This document shows positions 1 through 8,099 of a stretch of 64,000 bases of DNA, piece by piece. Made by a program: the position numbers and the translations under genes. The stretch spans positions 1,376,001 through 1,440,000 of the forward strand of contig CAWDSK010000003.1 of NCBI GenBank assembly GCA_963804995.1. Reading direction: 5' to 3'. The stretch's first letter is position 1; the number at the start of each line of letters is the position of its first letter. This stretch comes from an uncultured Acidobacteriota bacterium (GTDB lineage: Bacteria > Acidobacteriota > Terriglobia > UBA7540). The notes beneath the pieces were generated by a model that ran no database searches, was not told the DNA's origin, and saw only the letters and a list, made by a program, of their open reading frames with translations.

Positions 1-990
1 GAGCGCGCGGTGCGCAAACAGGGACTGCATTTTGGCGCTTCCTCGCATCGCGCCGAGCACTGGTTTTTCATGAACGGCGGCCGCGCCTTTGACTCCGACG
101 TCAAGGACCCCCGCTACGCCGATTTCTACGGGCCGGCACAATCGGATAAGATCCAACCCGATAAGGCCCATCTGGATAATTGGCTGGCGCGCACGTCTGA
201 AATCGTCGAGAAGTACCAGCCGGAGGTGGTGTGGTTTGACTGGTGGATTGAGCAGCCCGTCTTCCAACCCTACCTCCAAAGGTTCGCCGCTTACTATTAC
301 AATCGGGGTGCGCAGTGGAACCGCGGTGTAGCCATCAACTACAAACTCAAAACCTTTCCCGAGCATGCGGCGGTGCTTGATATTGAGCGTGGGCAACTGG
401 GCGGAACCCGGCCGCTCTTCTGGCAGACGGACACCTCCGTCAGCGTGAAGTCGTGGGGATACATCCAGGGCGACAAATTCCGTTCCCCTGGTTCACTGGT
501 GGACGAACTGGTGGACATCGTCAGCAAGAACGGCTGCCTGCTGCTGAACGTCGGGCCGCGGCCGGATGGGACGATTCCCGAGGAGGCGCAAACCGTCCTG
601 CTGGCCATGGGGCGATGGCTCGGGGTGAATGGCGAGGCGATATACGGCACGCGGCCCTGGAAGACCTACGGCGAGGGCCCGACGAAGGTGAACACCGGCC
701 GTTTTGGTGACGCGGATACGAAACCCTATACGGCGCAGGACATTCGATTCACGATGAAGGGTGACGCGCTTTACGCCATCGCGCTGGGTTGGCCGCAGAA
801 TGGCAAGCTCACCATCAAATCGTTGGCGGCAGGTTCACCCAACACGAAGCGCGAAATTCGTAACGTCAGCCTGCTGGGCTCGCCCGCGAAACTCCAGTGG
901 GCGCGCGGTCCGGAGGGTTTGACCATTCAACTGCCCGCCCAAAAACCCGGCGACTATGCCTTCGCCTTCAAGATTTCGCCTGTAGACTGA
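1..990 (+). CDS. Alpha-L-fucosidase (GH29), 5'-truncated by window edge
   Basis: VWFDWW nucleophile motif, LVDIVSKNGCLLLNVGPRPDGTIP and WLGVNGEAIYGTRPW, all typical of GH29, plus C-terminal beta domain. Confidence 0.9.
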   Translation, partial: ERAVRKQGLHFGASSHRAEHWFFMNGGRAFDSDVKDPRYADFYGPAQSDKIQPDKAHLDNWLARTSEIVEKYQPEVVWFDWWIEQPVFQPYLQRFAAYYYNRGAQWNRGVAINYKLKTFPEHAAVLDIERGQLGGTRPLFWQTDTSVSVKSWGYIQGDKFRSPGSLVDELVDIVSKNGCLLLNVGPRPDGTIPEEAQTVLLAMGRWLGVNGEAIYGTRPWKTYGEGPTKVNTGRFGDADTKPYTAQDIRFTMKGDALYAIALGWPQNGKLTIKSLAAGSPNTKREIRNVSLLGSPAKLQWARGPEGLTIQLPAQKPGDYAFAFKISPVD

Positions 991-1147
991 TCCGCCGGGG
1001 GCAAGTGAGGGTACCAGCATGACAACCGGGGCGTTAGAATGCAAGCTTAACACCCTCGTAACAATTGCTTAACGTCCTCCCGGCCATGATAAGAGATGTT
1101 CCGGCGGTTTTTCGCCGCGCAGCTCATCATTAAACCAACCTGAGGAG

Positions 1148-1559
1148 ATGGCTATGGCGCTCAAGATCATCGAGAAGGAATCACACGGAATTATCATCCT
1201 GGAGATGTCGGGCAGGTTGGTGCTGGGGCAGGAGAGCATGGACTTCCGGGCGAAGGTCAAAGAGGTGCTCGAACAAGAGCGACTGGGTCAAGGAAAAATG
1301 GGGCTGGAATACCCGCATCGTGCTCGATCTCGGCAACGTCGGATTTATCGACAGCGCGGGCCTGGGGGCGCTGGTCCACGCTCGCACCGCAGCCCAGAGC
1401 CGCAAGGCCGGAATGAAACTGGCCAACCTCACCAAAAAGATTAGAGACCAACTGAATATCACTAAATTAGTGACTGTCTTCGACAGTTACGATAGCGTGG
1501 AGGCCGCGGTTAATTCCTACCCGCCGGCGGAATCCTCCACCGAGGCGAGTCCCGCCTAG
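1148..1559 (+). CDS. STAS-domain anti-sigma factor antagonist (frameshift near 1290-1320)
   Basis: N-half (IIILEMSGRLVLG) in one frame, C-half (LDLGNVGFIDSAGLGALV) in another; GAGGAG RBS upstream. Confidence 0.8.
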
Positions 1560-1567
1560 CTTTCAAC

Positions 1568-2926
1568 CTACTTCTTCATCAAGTCCAGCACCGCGCTGGT
1601 CAACGCCTTTACCCCGGTCCGCAGGGTGGGCTCCGGCACGGGCGCCCAAAGGCTTGAATGGAGGCCCGGGAGCAGCGTCCCGGTGCGCTGGCTCTCCGCC
1701 AGCTTATCGGGATCGACAGCCCCCAACCAAAGATCGCAGATCGGGATCTGCTGGTTCTCCAGACCGAATTTGCAGAAATCCTCGCTGCCCATAATCGGCG
1801 CCGCCTCAACAACATTCCCCGCGCCCAGGGCTTTTACGAGAACCGGCGCCAAACGGTCCATGAGTTTTGGATCGTTATAGGTCGCAGCGGTGTATTCCGA
1901 ATCGCTAGGCGTGACGATGGGGGCGCGCGATTCCGGAATGCCATTGGCGCTGGCGATACTTTTGGCCATGCGCTCGATGGAGGCAAGAATGCGCTGGCGT
2001 ACCGCTTCTTTGTAAGTGCGGATGGTGAGCTGCAAATGCACGTCATCGGGAATGATGTTGTACCGCGTGCCCCCCTGAATCGATCCCACCGTGACCACGG
2101 CGGGGTCGAAGGGCGAATTCTCGCGGCTCACGATGGTTTGCAGCGCCAGGATGAACTCCGCGGCCGTCACAATGGGGTCCTTGGTCACCTGGGGCGCTGA
2201 CCCGTGCCCGCCAATGCCGCGGATGAAGACATCGACGGAAGTTGAACTGGCCAGCGCATAGCCACGCGTCAAGCCCACCTTGCCGGCCGCCACAGCCGGT
2301 GTATCGTGTTGTGCCAGGACGTAGTCCGGCCGCGGAAAGCGCGTATACAAGCCGTCGTCCAGCATGGCCTTCGCGCCGTTAATGGTTTCTTCCGCCGGCT
2401 GCCCGATCATCACCAGCGTGCCCTGCCATTGGTCCTTGAGTTCCACCAGCAGCTTGGCGGCGCCCAGGAACGCCGTCATGTGAATGTCGTGCCCGCAGGC
2501 GTGCATGACGCTCACCTCTCGCCCGGCGTCGTCCTGGCCGCGGACTTTACTCGCATATGGGAGACCCGTCTTCTCCTCCACGGGGAGCGCATCGAGTTCG
2601 GTGCGGACGAGCACGGTGGGGCCATCGCCATTCTTCATAACCCCCACGACGCCGTATCCCGTCCAATCCGGATGGTTGTTGTATTTGCCCACGTGTTCGG
2701 TGACCGTGAAACCCAACGCCCGAAGTTGGCCGGCCACATAGGCTGAGGTTTTCACTTCGTGATGCGAAAGCTCAGGCGCAGCATGCAGCCATTTGTAGGT
2801 CGCAAGAAGCGATGGCAAATCGCGGTCCACCAAGCCATCAAGTTTGGATTGCTGACTGCGAGCGGCGGGCGCGATCATAAGTGGGGAAATCACCACAAGG
2901 CAGAAGATGGCAGATCGAAGGTTCAC
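1568..2926 (-). CDS. M20 family amidohydrolase (peptidase M20D), secreted
   Basis: ELDALP, MHACGHD, QPAEE, GHGS, GSEDF, LHS motifs; signal peptide after GTG at 2926 with GGAGG RBS. Confidence 0.9.
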   Translation of the reverse strand: MNLRSAIFCLVVISPLMIAPAARSQQSKLDGLVDRDLPSLLATYKWLHAAPELSHHEVKTSAYVAGQLRALGFTVTEHVGKYNNHPDWTGYGVVGVMKNGDGPTVLVRTELDALPVEEKTGLPYASKVRGQDDAGREVSVMHACGHDIHMTAFLGAAKLLVELKDQWQGTLVMIGQPAEETINGAKAMLDDGLYTRFPRPDYVLAQHDTPAVAAGKVGLTRGYALASSTSVDVFIRGIGGHGSAPQVTKDPIVTAAEFILALQTIVSRENSPFDPAVVTVGSIQGGTRYNIIPDDVHLQLTIRTYKEAVRQRILASIERMAKSIASANGIPESRAPIVTPSDSEYTAATYNDPKLMDRLAPVLVKALGAGNVVEAAPIMGSEDFCKFGLENQQIPICDLWLGAVDPDKLAESQRTGTLLPGLHSSLWAPVPEPTLRTGVKALTSAVLDLMKK

Positions 2927-3189
2927 AGGATCCTCCCTCAGGAATGGCTGGCTCGCCACTTTCGGCGGGCGGCAATCGATTGCACTGCGTGGCGCAGGGC
3001 GAGCCGCTAGGTCCGCGCCAGTATCGCGGAACTCGAAGGTAGAAGGCAAGGGAAACCGGGGTTCGGGATTGTCAAAGGCACCTGAGAGCCCGCGTAGCGG
3101 GCGTCATCCTGTAGCCCATGGCGAGCCAGCGGCGGCTGAAGATTACGATCCTCACCGCCGAGGTGCTGAGACGCAGAGAAAGGCCCACT

Positions 3190-3281
3190 GGCAGGCTGGC
3201 GCAGAGCGAACGCAGATGTGCGATTCTGGTGCGATTAGATGACGTAAAACTCAGAACTGCGCTCTGATGCGCCAGCCCGCC
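3190..3281. repeat. Long imperfect hairpin repeat (REP-like), intact copy; target family of the adjacent IS110
   Basis: Arms ggcaggctggcgca / tgcgccagcccgcc; second copy at ~3463-3541 + 6379-6390 is split by the IS. Confidence 0.75.
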
Positions 3282-3646
3282 TAAGAGACCCCTCATCCGC
3301 TTCGTGCCTCAGCACCTTCTCCCCCTGGGAGAAGGTTGGTAATCAAACCGCCCTCTCCGCGGGGTCGCAGAATCCGCCGTGGCGGGAGAGGGTGTCCCGA
3401 CAAGTCGGGACGCGTGAGGGGTCACTTCGCCAGGCCCTGCGAAAGGGCCGTGGATGAATTAGGCCCGCTGGCGCAGGGTGAGCCCAGCCCTACGATTCTG
3501 GTGCGTTTAGATGACGTGAATCGCAGAGCTGCGCTCTGATGTTATGAAAGCGGCGATGCCTCCTCGGGTGCCGCTAAACTGGAGGTGGTCCAGTTTAGCG
3601 GGCCCTCGGGTTCAGACCGAGAGTTTTGCATCGAGGAGACAAAGCG

Positions 3647-4747
3647 ATGAAGAAGAGTATAACGCCCATTGGAACGCCGGTGGGAGTGGATGTTCACAAG
3701 CGTCGTTGCCAGGTGGTGGAGCTTGATCACGGAGAGATTAAGGCACGGAAGTCGATCGCCAACACGCGGGAGGAGTGGCTGGAGATGTTGACGGAACTTC
3801 CTCCCGACGCCGAGATCGGCCTGGAGGTGAGCACGGCAGGCTACTTTGCCATGAGCGTGCTGGAAGAGGCGGGGTGGCGAGGGCGCGCGCACTGGGTGCA
3901 CACGGCGGGGATCGACAGCAACCGCCGGCAGAAGAATGATCGTTTAGATGCCGAGCGGCTGGCGCGCAAGCTCGCCGCGCACCATCTGGATCCACTGCCG
4001 GAGGCGTGGTTTCCGCCGCCGGAGATTCGCGCCCTGCGTCTGCGCGCACGCCAGCGCTGCTGGTTGGCCCTGCTGCGCACCAAAGCCAAGAATCACCTGC
4101 AAAGCTTGCTGGGGATGCATGGCTTGCAGGCGCCGGGGACCGACCCGTTCGGAGCGGCCGGGGAGAAGTGGCTGGCGGAACAGACCTTGCCGATGCCCTT
4201 GGGCGAAAGCATCCCTCAGATCCAACGCCTGCTGCAGTTCCTGGAGGAGGAGATCGAAATCAGTGAGAAGTACTTGCAGGCGGTGGACGGACAATTCCCC
4301 GAGTTGGCGCTGCTGCGCACAATCCCCAGCATCGGCCCCATCCTGTCCCCGGTGATTTGGAGTGAGATCGGCACGATCGAGCGGTTTCGTTCCGCCAAGG
4401 CCTTGGCCAACGCTACGGGGCTCGTCTCCAGCTTTTACGACAGCGGGGAAGTGAAGGTGTCGGGTCCCATCACCCGCCAGGGATCGCGCTGGCTGCGCTG
4501 GGCCTTCGTCACCGCCGCCCATGTCGCGATTCCATACCCCAATCCTTTCGCGCGGCGCTACCACCGCCTGCGCCGCAGCAAGAAACCCAACGTGGCCAAG
4601 GCCGCCATCGCGCACTCCTTGGCGCGTTGTGCGTATGGAGTTTTGAAGCACGGCTGCCCTTATCGGGAAGACCGTTGGGGCCGCCAAGTCGGCGTACTGG
4701 AGCAGGAAGCCCGTGCTGGCGCTAGGTACACCAAGACCGCGCTCTGA
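3647..4747 (+). CDS. IS110 family transposase/recombinase (DEDD RuvC + Tnp domain)
   Basis: GVDVH, GLEVS, KNDRLDA (D-E-D-D), LRTIPSIGP, GLVSSFYDSG (catalytic Ser), ITRQGSRWLRW; GAGGAG RBS before ATG 3647. Confidence 0.95.
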   Translation: MKKSITPIGTPVGVDVHKRRCQVVELDHGEIKARKSIANTREEWLEMLTELPPDAEIGLEVSTAGYFAMSVLEEAGWRGRAHWVHTAGIDSNRRQKNDRLDAERLARKLAAHHLDPLPEAWFPPPEIRALRLRARQRCWLALLRTKAKNHLQSLLGMHGLQAPGTDPFGAAGEKWLAEQTLPMPLGESIPQIQRLLQFLEEEIEISEKYLQAVDGQFPELALLRTIPSIGPILSPVIWSEIGTIERFRSAKALANATGLVSSFYDSGEVKVSGPITRQGSRWLRWAFVTAAHVAIPYPNPFARRYHRLRRSKKPNVAKAAIAHSLARCAYGVLKHGCPYREDRWGRQVGVLEQEARAGARYTKTAL

Positions 4748-4761
4748 TAGGGACCTGCTCC
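4699..4761 (+). ncRNA. Putative bridge/seek RNA target-binding loop
   Basis: Stem ggagcagg (4699-4706) / cctgctcc (4754-4761) encloses gctggcgc (4715-4722) and gcgctctgat (4739-4748), which match opposite strands of the insertion site. Confidence 0.7.
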
Positions 4762-4796
4762 CGAACAACCTCATGGGGACCAGGACAACCTGGCTA

Positions 4797-5898
4797 TTGA
4801 TTCCTGCATAATAAATGTCCTATACTCCGGCTGGGAGGTGAGTCATGCGCCCAGCCGGAACTCCAGCGGAACTCGAGCGACGGCGTTTGCGAGCTGTCGA
4901 ATTGTTGGCTCAAGGTCATCCCCCCGTGGAAGTAGCGCGGATGGTCGGCGTGGATCGGCGCAGCGTGCGTCGATGGAAAGCGGCCTTCCGAAAGAAAGGG
5001 CGCCCGGCGCTGGAGGCGCGGCCCGCTTGCGGGCGTCCACCCAAATTGTCCGCGTCCTTGACCCGCCGATTGGAGCGCGCGTTGTTGCGCGGAGCGCAGG
5101 CGGCCGGATTTCCCACCGACCTGTGGACCTGCCCGCGCGTCGCGCAGTTGATCGCGCAACGTTTCCGTATCCGTTATCACGTGGACCATATTGGTCGATT
5201 GCTCCATGCGCTGGGTTGGAGTCCGCAAAAGCCCGCCCGGCGGGCCGTCGAGCGGGATGAGGAGGCCATCCGGGCTGGGTCAAGCAAACTTGGCCGGCCC
5301 TTAAAAAAAAGCCCACCGGCTGAACGCCTGGCTGATTTTCCTCGACGAATGCGGCTTTCTCATGGCGCCGCTGGTTCGCCGCAGTTGGCAGCCCCGTGGC
5401 CGGACACCGGTGTTGGTCCAGCGCGGGCGACATCTGCAAAAGGTATCGGCCATTGCCGCCTTGGCCGTGTCTCCCCGCCGCGACCGCGTGCGACTTTACT
5501 TTCGCCTGCATCCCCAGGCCGACATCAGCAGCGACCAAGTCATCGGTTTCCTCCGCTATCTGCACCAGGAATTGCGGGGGCCCTGCCTGCTGGTTTGGGA
5601 CCGTCTCAATGCCCACCGCGCTAAACGCACCACGCAATTCGTCGCCCGCCTTCCGTCACCTGCATACCTTCTTCTTGCCCGCCTATGCCCCCGAACTCAA
5701 TCCCGTCGAGTACGCCTGGGGCTATCTGAAAATGAACCCCCTCGCGAACCGACCGACATTCGAAACTGCGGAATTGGCTGCCCTGGCCCGCCGACACACC
5801 CGGGCGCTGCAGCGCAACCAATCGTTGCTTCGTTCCTTCCTCCGGCACAGCCCACTTTTTTTGCGCCTCACATAGGACATTATTTATGCAGGAATCAA
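4797..5898 (+). mobile_element. IS630 family insertion sequence
   Basis: TIRs ttgattcctgcataataaatgtccta / taggacattatttatgcaggaatcaa; TA duplication at 4795-4796 and 5899-5900. Confidence 0.95.
4845..5875 (+). CDS. IS630 transposase (split over several frames; A8G slippery site at 5303-5311)
   Basis: HTH region (RRSVRRW...GRPPKL...LWT), FLDECGF, VWDRLNAH, YAPELNPVEYAW; extra frameshifts near 5270 and 5655. Confidence 0.9.
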
Positions 5899-6459
5899 TA
5901 GCCCGTAGAGATGAAAGGGACCGAACCGACTCGGCAAACTCGCATGGCAAGAGCAAGAACCCAACGCCCACGGGGCCGTGCTTCATCCCCGGCAGGCGGC
6001 GGGGAGCCAACCCTCCCCGCCCCCCGGGCTCTACATAAAGGAGGAACGACTATAACTTGGAATAATTCTATAAGATAATACGTACAGAATGGCAGCCGAC
6101 GGCGAAGTCGGCAACCCGCCACTTTGCCGATGGGGTCCGGCGCGTTTTTCAGGCATGGGGAAGCTGTGCCCAGAGCTTGGGAGGGGGGCGACCGCAGGCC
6201 GCCCCGGCATCGTTTCCATCAGCCTCCGACCGGCTATTCCTCAGCGGGTTGCTCGCCAGCAGAGCCCGCCTCCGCTTCACCGGCTGCAGGCCATTCTGAA
6301 GTCGAAGGGGGAAGTTTGTCAAAGGCGATTAAGAAATTCAAAAAATCGGCTTGACACGGCATCGCGGTTTCAGAGATGCGCCAGCCCGCCGCAGGTCAGC
6401 GCTCGCTCATGGGACGTGCAGGCGATTGATTTCAGGGGCTTCCGCGTTTGCCTCGAAAC

Positions 6460-7899
6460 TCACTGTCTATGGGATTGGCCGCCGTGCTGGCGCAGCAACT
6501 CCGCCACGGCCGTCCGGCCAAATCTCACAGCTACGTCCAATGGTGTGGCACCTTGCGTCGTCTCGGCATTGACATTAGCACCGTGGGCCAGCAGCAATTC
6601 CGCGAAGGCCTTTTCGCCGCCGAACGCTGCTTCGTGCAAGGCCGTCATGCCGGTGTCGGAGGTCGCATTGACATCGGCGTTGCTGGCAAGCAGCAGTTCC
6701 GCCACGTCCGTGTTGAAATTCTGCACCGCTATGTACAAGGGTGTATCGCCTCGGAGGCCCCTCTTATTGACATCTGCCTTGTACTCCACTAGCAGCTCCG
6801 CCACGTCTATCATATGGTGCAACTCCGCGGCCTCGGACAGGGGCGTTTCGCGCATGACGTTGTCGGCATTGACATCGGCCTTGGCAGCGAGTAGCAGTTC
6901 CACCACGCCCGCGCGGCCGCTGTGTGCCACCGCCCAGAGCAACGGTGTGCTGCGGGCGTTGTCCTGGGCGTTGACATTGGCCTTGCTGGCGAGCAGCAGT
7001 TCCACCATGTTCCTATCACCGTTGTACGCTGCTATGTGCAGAGGAGTCTGGCCGGATTCGTCTCTGCCGAAGACCAGATCAGGTTTCCTCTTGAGCAGCA
7101 ACCTGAGGGTTTCCAAGTCACCAGCGTCGGCCGTCTCGTGCACTTCGCTGACTCGGTTCGCCCGAACCCCCGCTCCTCCGACGATTTGGATGCCGTTGTT
7201 ACCACCCATGGCGGCCAGCGTGTCTCCGTCATGCAGTGGGTGATCCAGGTGTACTACCTGCCCCCCGAGAACGGGGACTGTGCTCTCCTTGGCAACCGGT
7301 CGAGAGGCTTGAGGCCCGGCCGCAACGTCATGGGAGGCTTTTTGCGCGGCGAGCACGGCCGCCGTCTTCTGGTCGAGCTTACCAGTAACGGGCAAGCCGC
7401 GGTCCGATTGAAACTTCCTTAGAGCTGCCATCGTTCTTGATCCCATCGCTCCGTCAGCTAATCCAGGCGCGTAGCCAAGAGCCTGGAGCTGTTGCTGTGC
7501 TTCCTGCACAGCCTCCTTCGTGCCGCGAGAGCCGACGTTCGAGTAACCGCCGTGCTCGCGCAGGATTTCCATCACGTCCTTGCGACCCTCAGCCGAAGCC
7601 CAATGCAGCGGCGTCCACTCGGCACTGTCCTTGGCATTAACATCGGCATTGCTGGCCAGTAGCAATTCCATTATGTCCTTGTGACCCCTAGCCGACGCCC
7701 AGTGCAGGGCCGTCATGCCGTCGCTATCTTTGCTGAAAACCAAATCAGGGTTTTCCTTGAGCAACGCCTTGACTTTGACCAAGTTGTCATTCCTCGCAGC
7801 GTCGTGAATCTCGCCGCCCAAACCGAGGCCGCTGCATGCCAGCGCGACCAGGATGACGGCGATGAGGCGGATGGTCGGGAAGCAAATGAGGCGATGCAT
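6460..7899 (-). CDS. Secreted ankyrin-repeat protein with central peptidoglycan-binding domain
   Basis: Signal peptide; repeated TPLH/ADVNA ankyrin units; QQQLQALGY...DGAMGSRTMAALRKFQSDRGLPVTGKLD (PG_binding_1); GGAGG RBS. Confidence 0.9.
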   Translation of the reverse strand: MHRLICFPTIRLIAVILVALACSGLGLGGEIHDAARNDNLVKVKALLKENPDLVFSKDSDGMTALHWASARGHKDIMELLLASNADVNAKDSAEWTPLHWASAEGRKDVMEILREHGGYSNVGSRGTKEAVQEAQQQLQALGYAPGLADGAMGSRTMAALRKFQSDRGLPVTGKLDQKTAAVLAAQKASHDVAAGPQASRPVAKESTVPVLGGQVVHLDHPLHDGDTLAAMGGNNGIQIVGGAGVRANRVSEVHETADAGDLETLRLLLKRKPDLVFGRDESGQTPLHIAAYNGDRNMVELLLASKANVNAQDNARSTPLLWAVAHSGRAGVVELLLAAKADVNADNVMRETPLSEAAELHHMIDVAELLVEYKADVNKRGLRGDTPLYIAVQNFNTDVAELLLASNADVNATSDTGMTALHEAAFGGEKAFAELLLAHGANVNAETTQGATPLDVAVRFGRTAVAELLRQHGGQSHRQ

Positions 7900-8099
7900 A
7901 TTCGTGACTCCTCCCTTCTCCGGATCAATATATCCGAATCCGGCGAGGCATGCCACGGGATCAGCCACCCGGCAGGAGTTTCGGAATCCATAAGGGGGAA
8001 GGGGCTCGACGATGGCTCGGAGCGCATTCGAGGGCGAGCCGCGTCGGCAGGCTCTTTGCTCTTCGCCGGCCAAGCCCGATCATGATGCGTGACGTTTAG

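Larger units (their letters stand above)
3538..6378 (+). mobile_element. IS110 family element, IS1111-type (long downstream non-coding end), interrupted by IS630
   Basis: GATG core at both ends (3538-3541, 6375-6378); sub-terminal inverted repeats tgaaagcggcgatgcc (3545-3560) / ggcatcgcggtttca (6358-6372); joined flanks recreate ctgcgctctgatgcgccagcccgcc, identical to 3257-3281. Confidence 0.9.

Noticed and set aside
3190..3281. Integron attC site
   Set aside because: Bulged hairpin, but no RYYYAAC/GTTRRRY boxes at the ends and no integrase in the window
6089..7243. Long antisense ORFs (6089-7243, 8406-9563, 28184-29185, 39676-40872, 50093-51082, 57430-58446)
   Set aside because: Shadow frames of well-supported genes in GC-rich DNA
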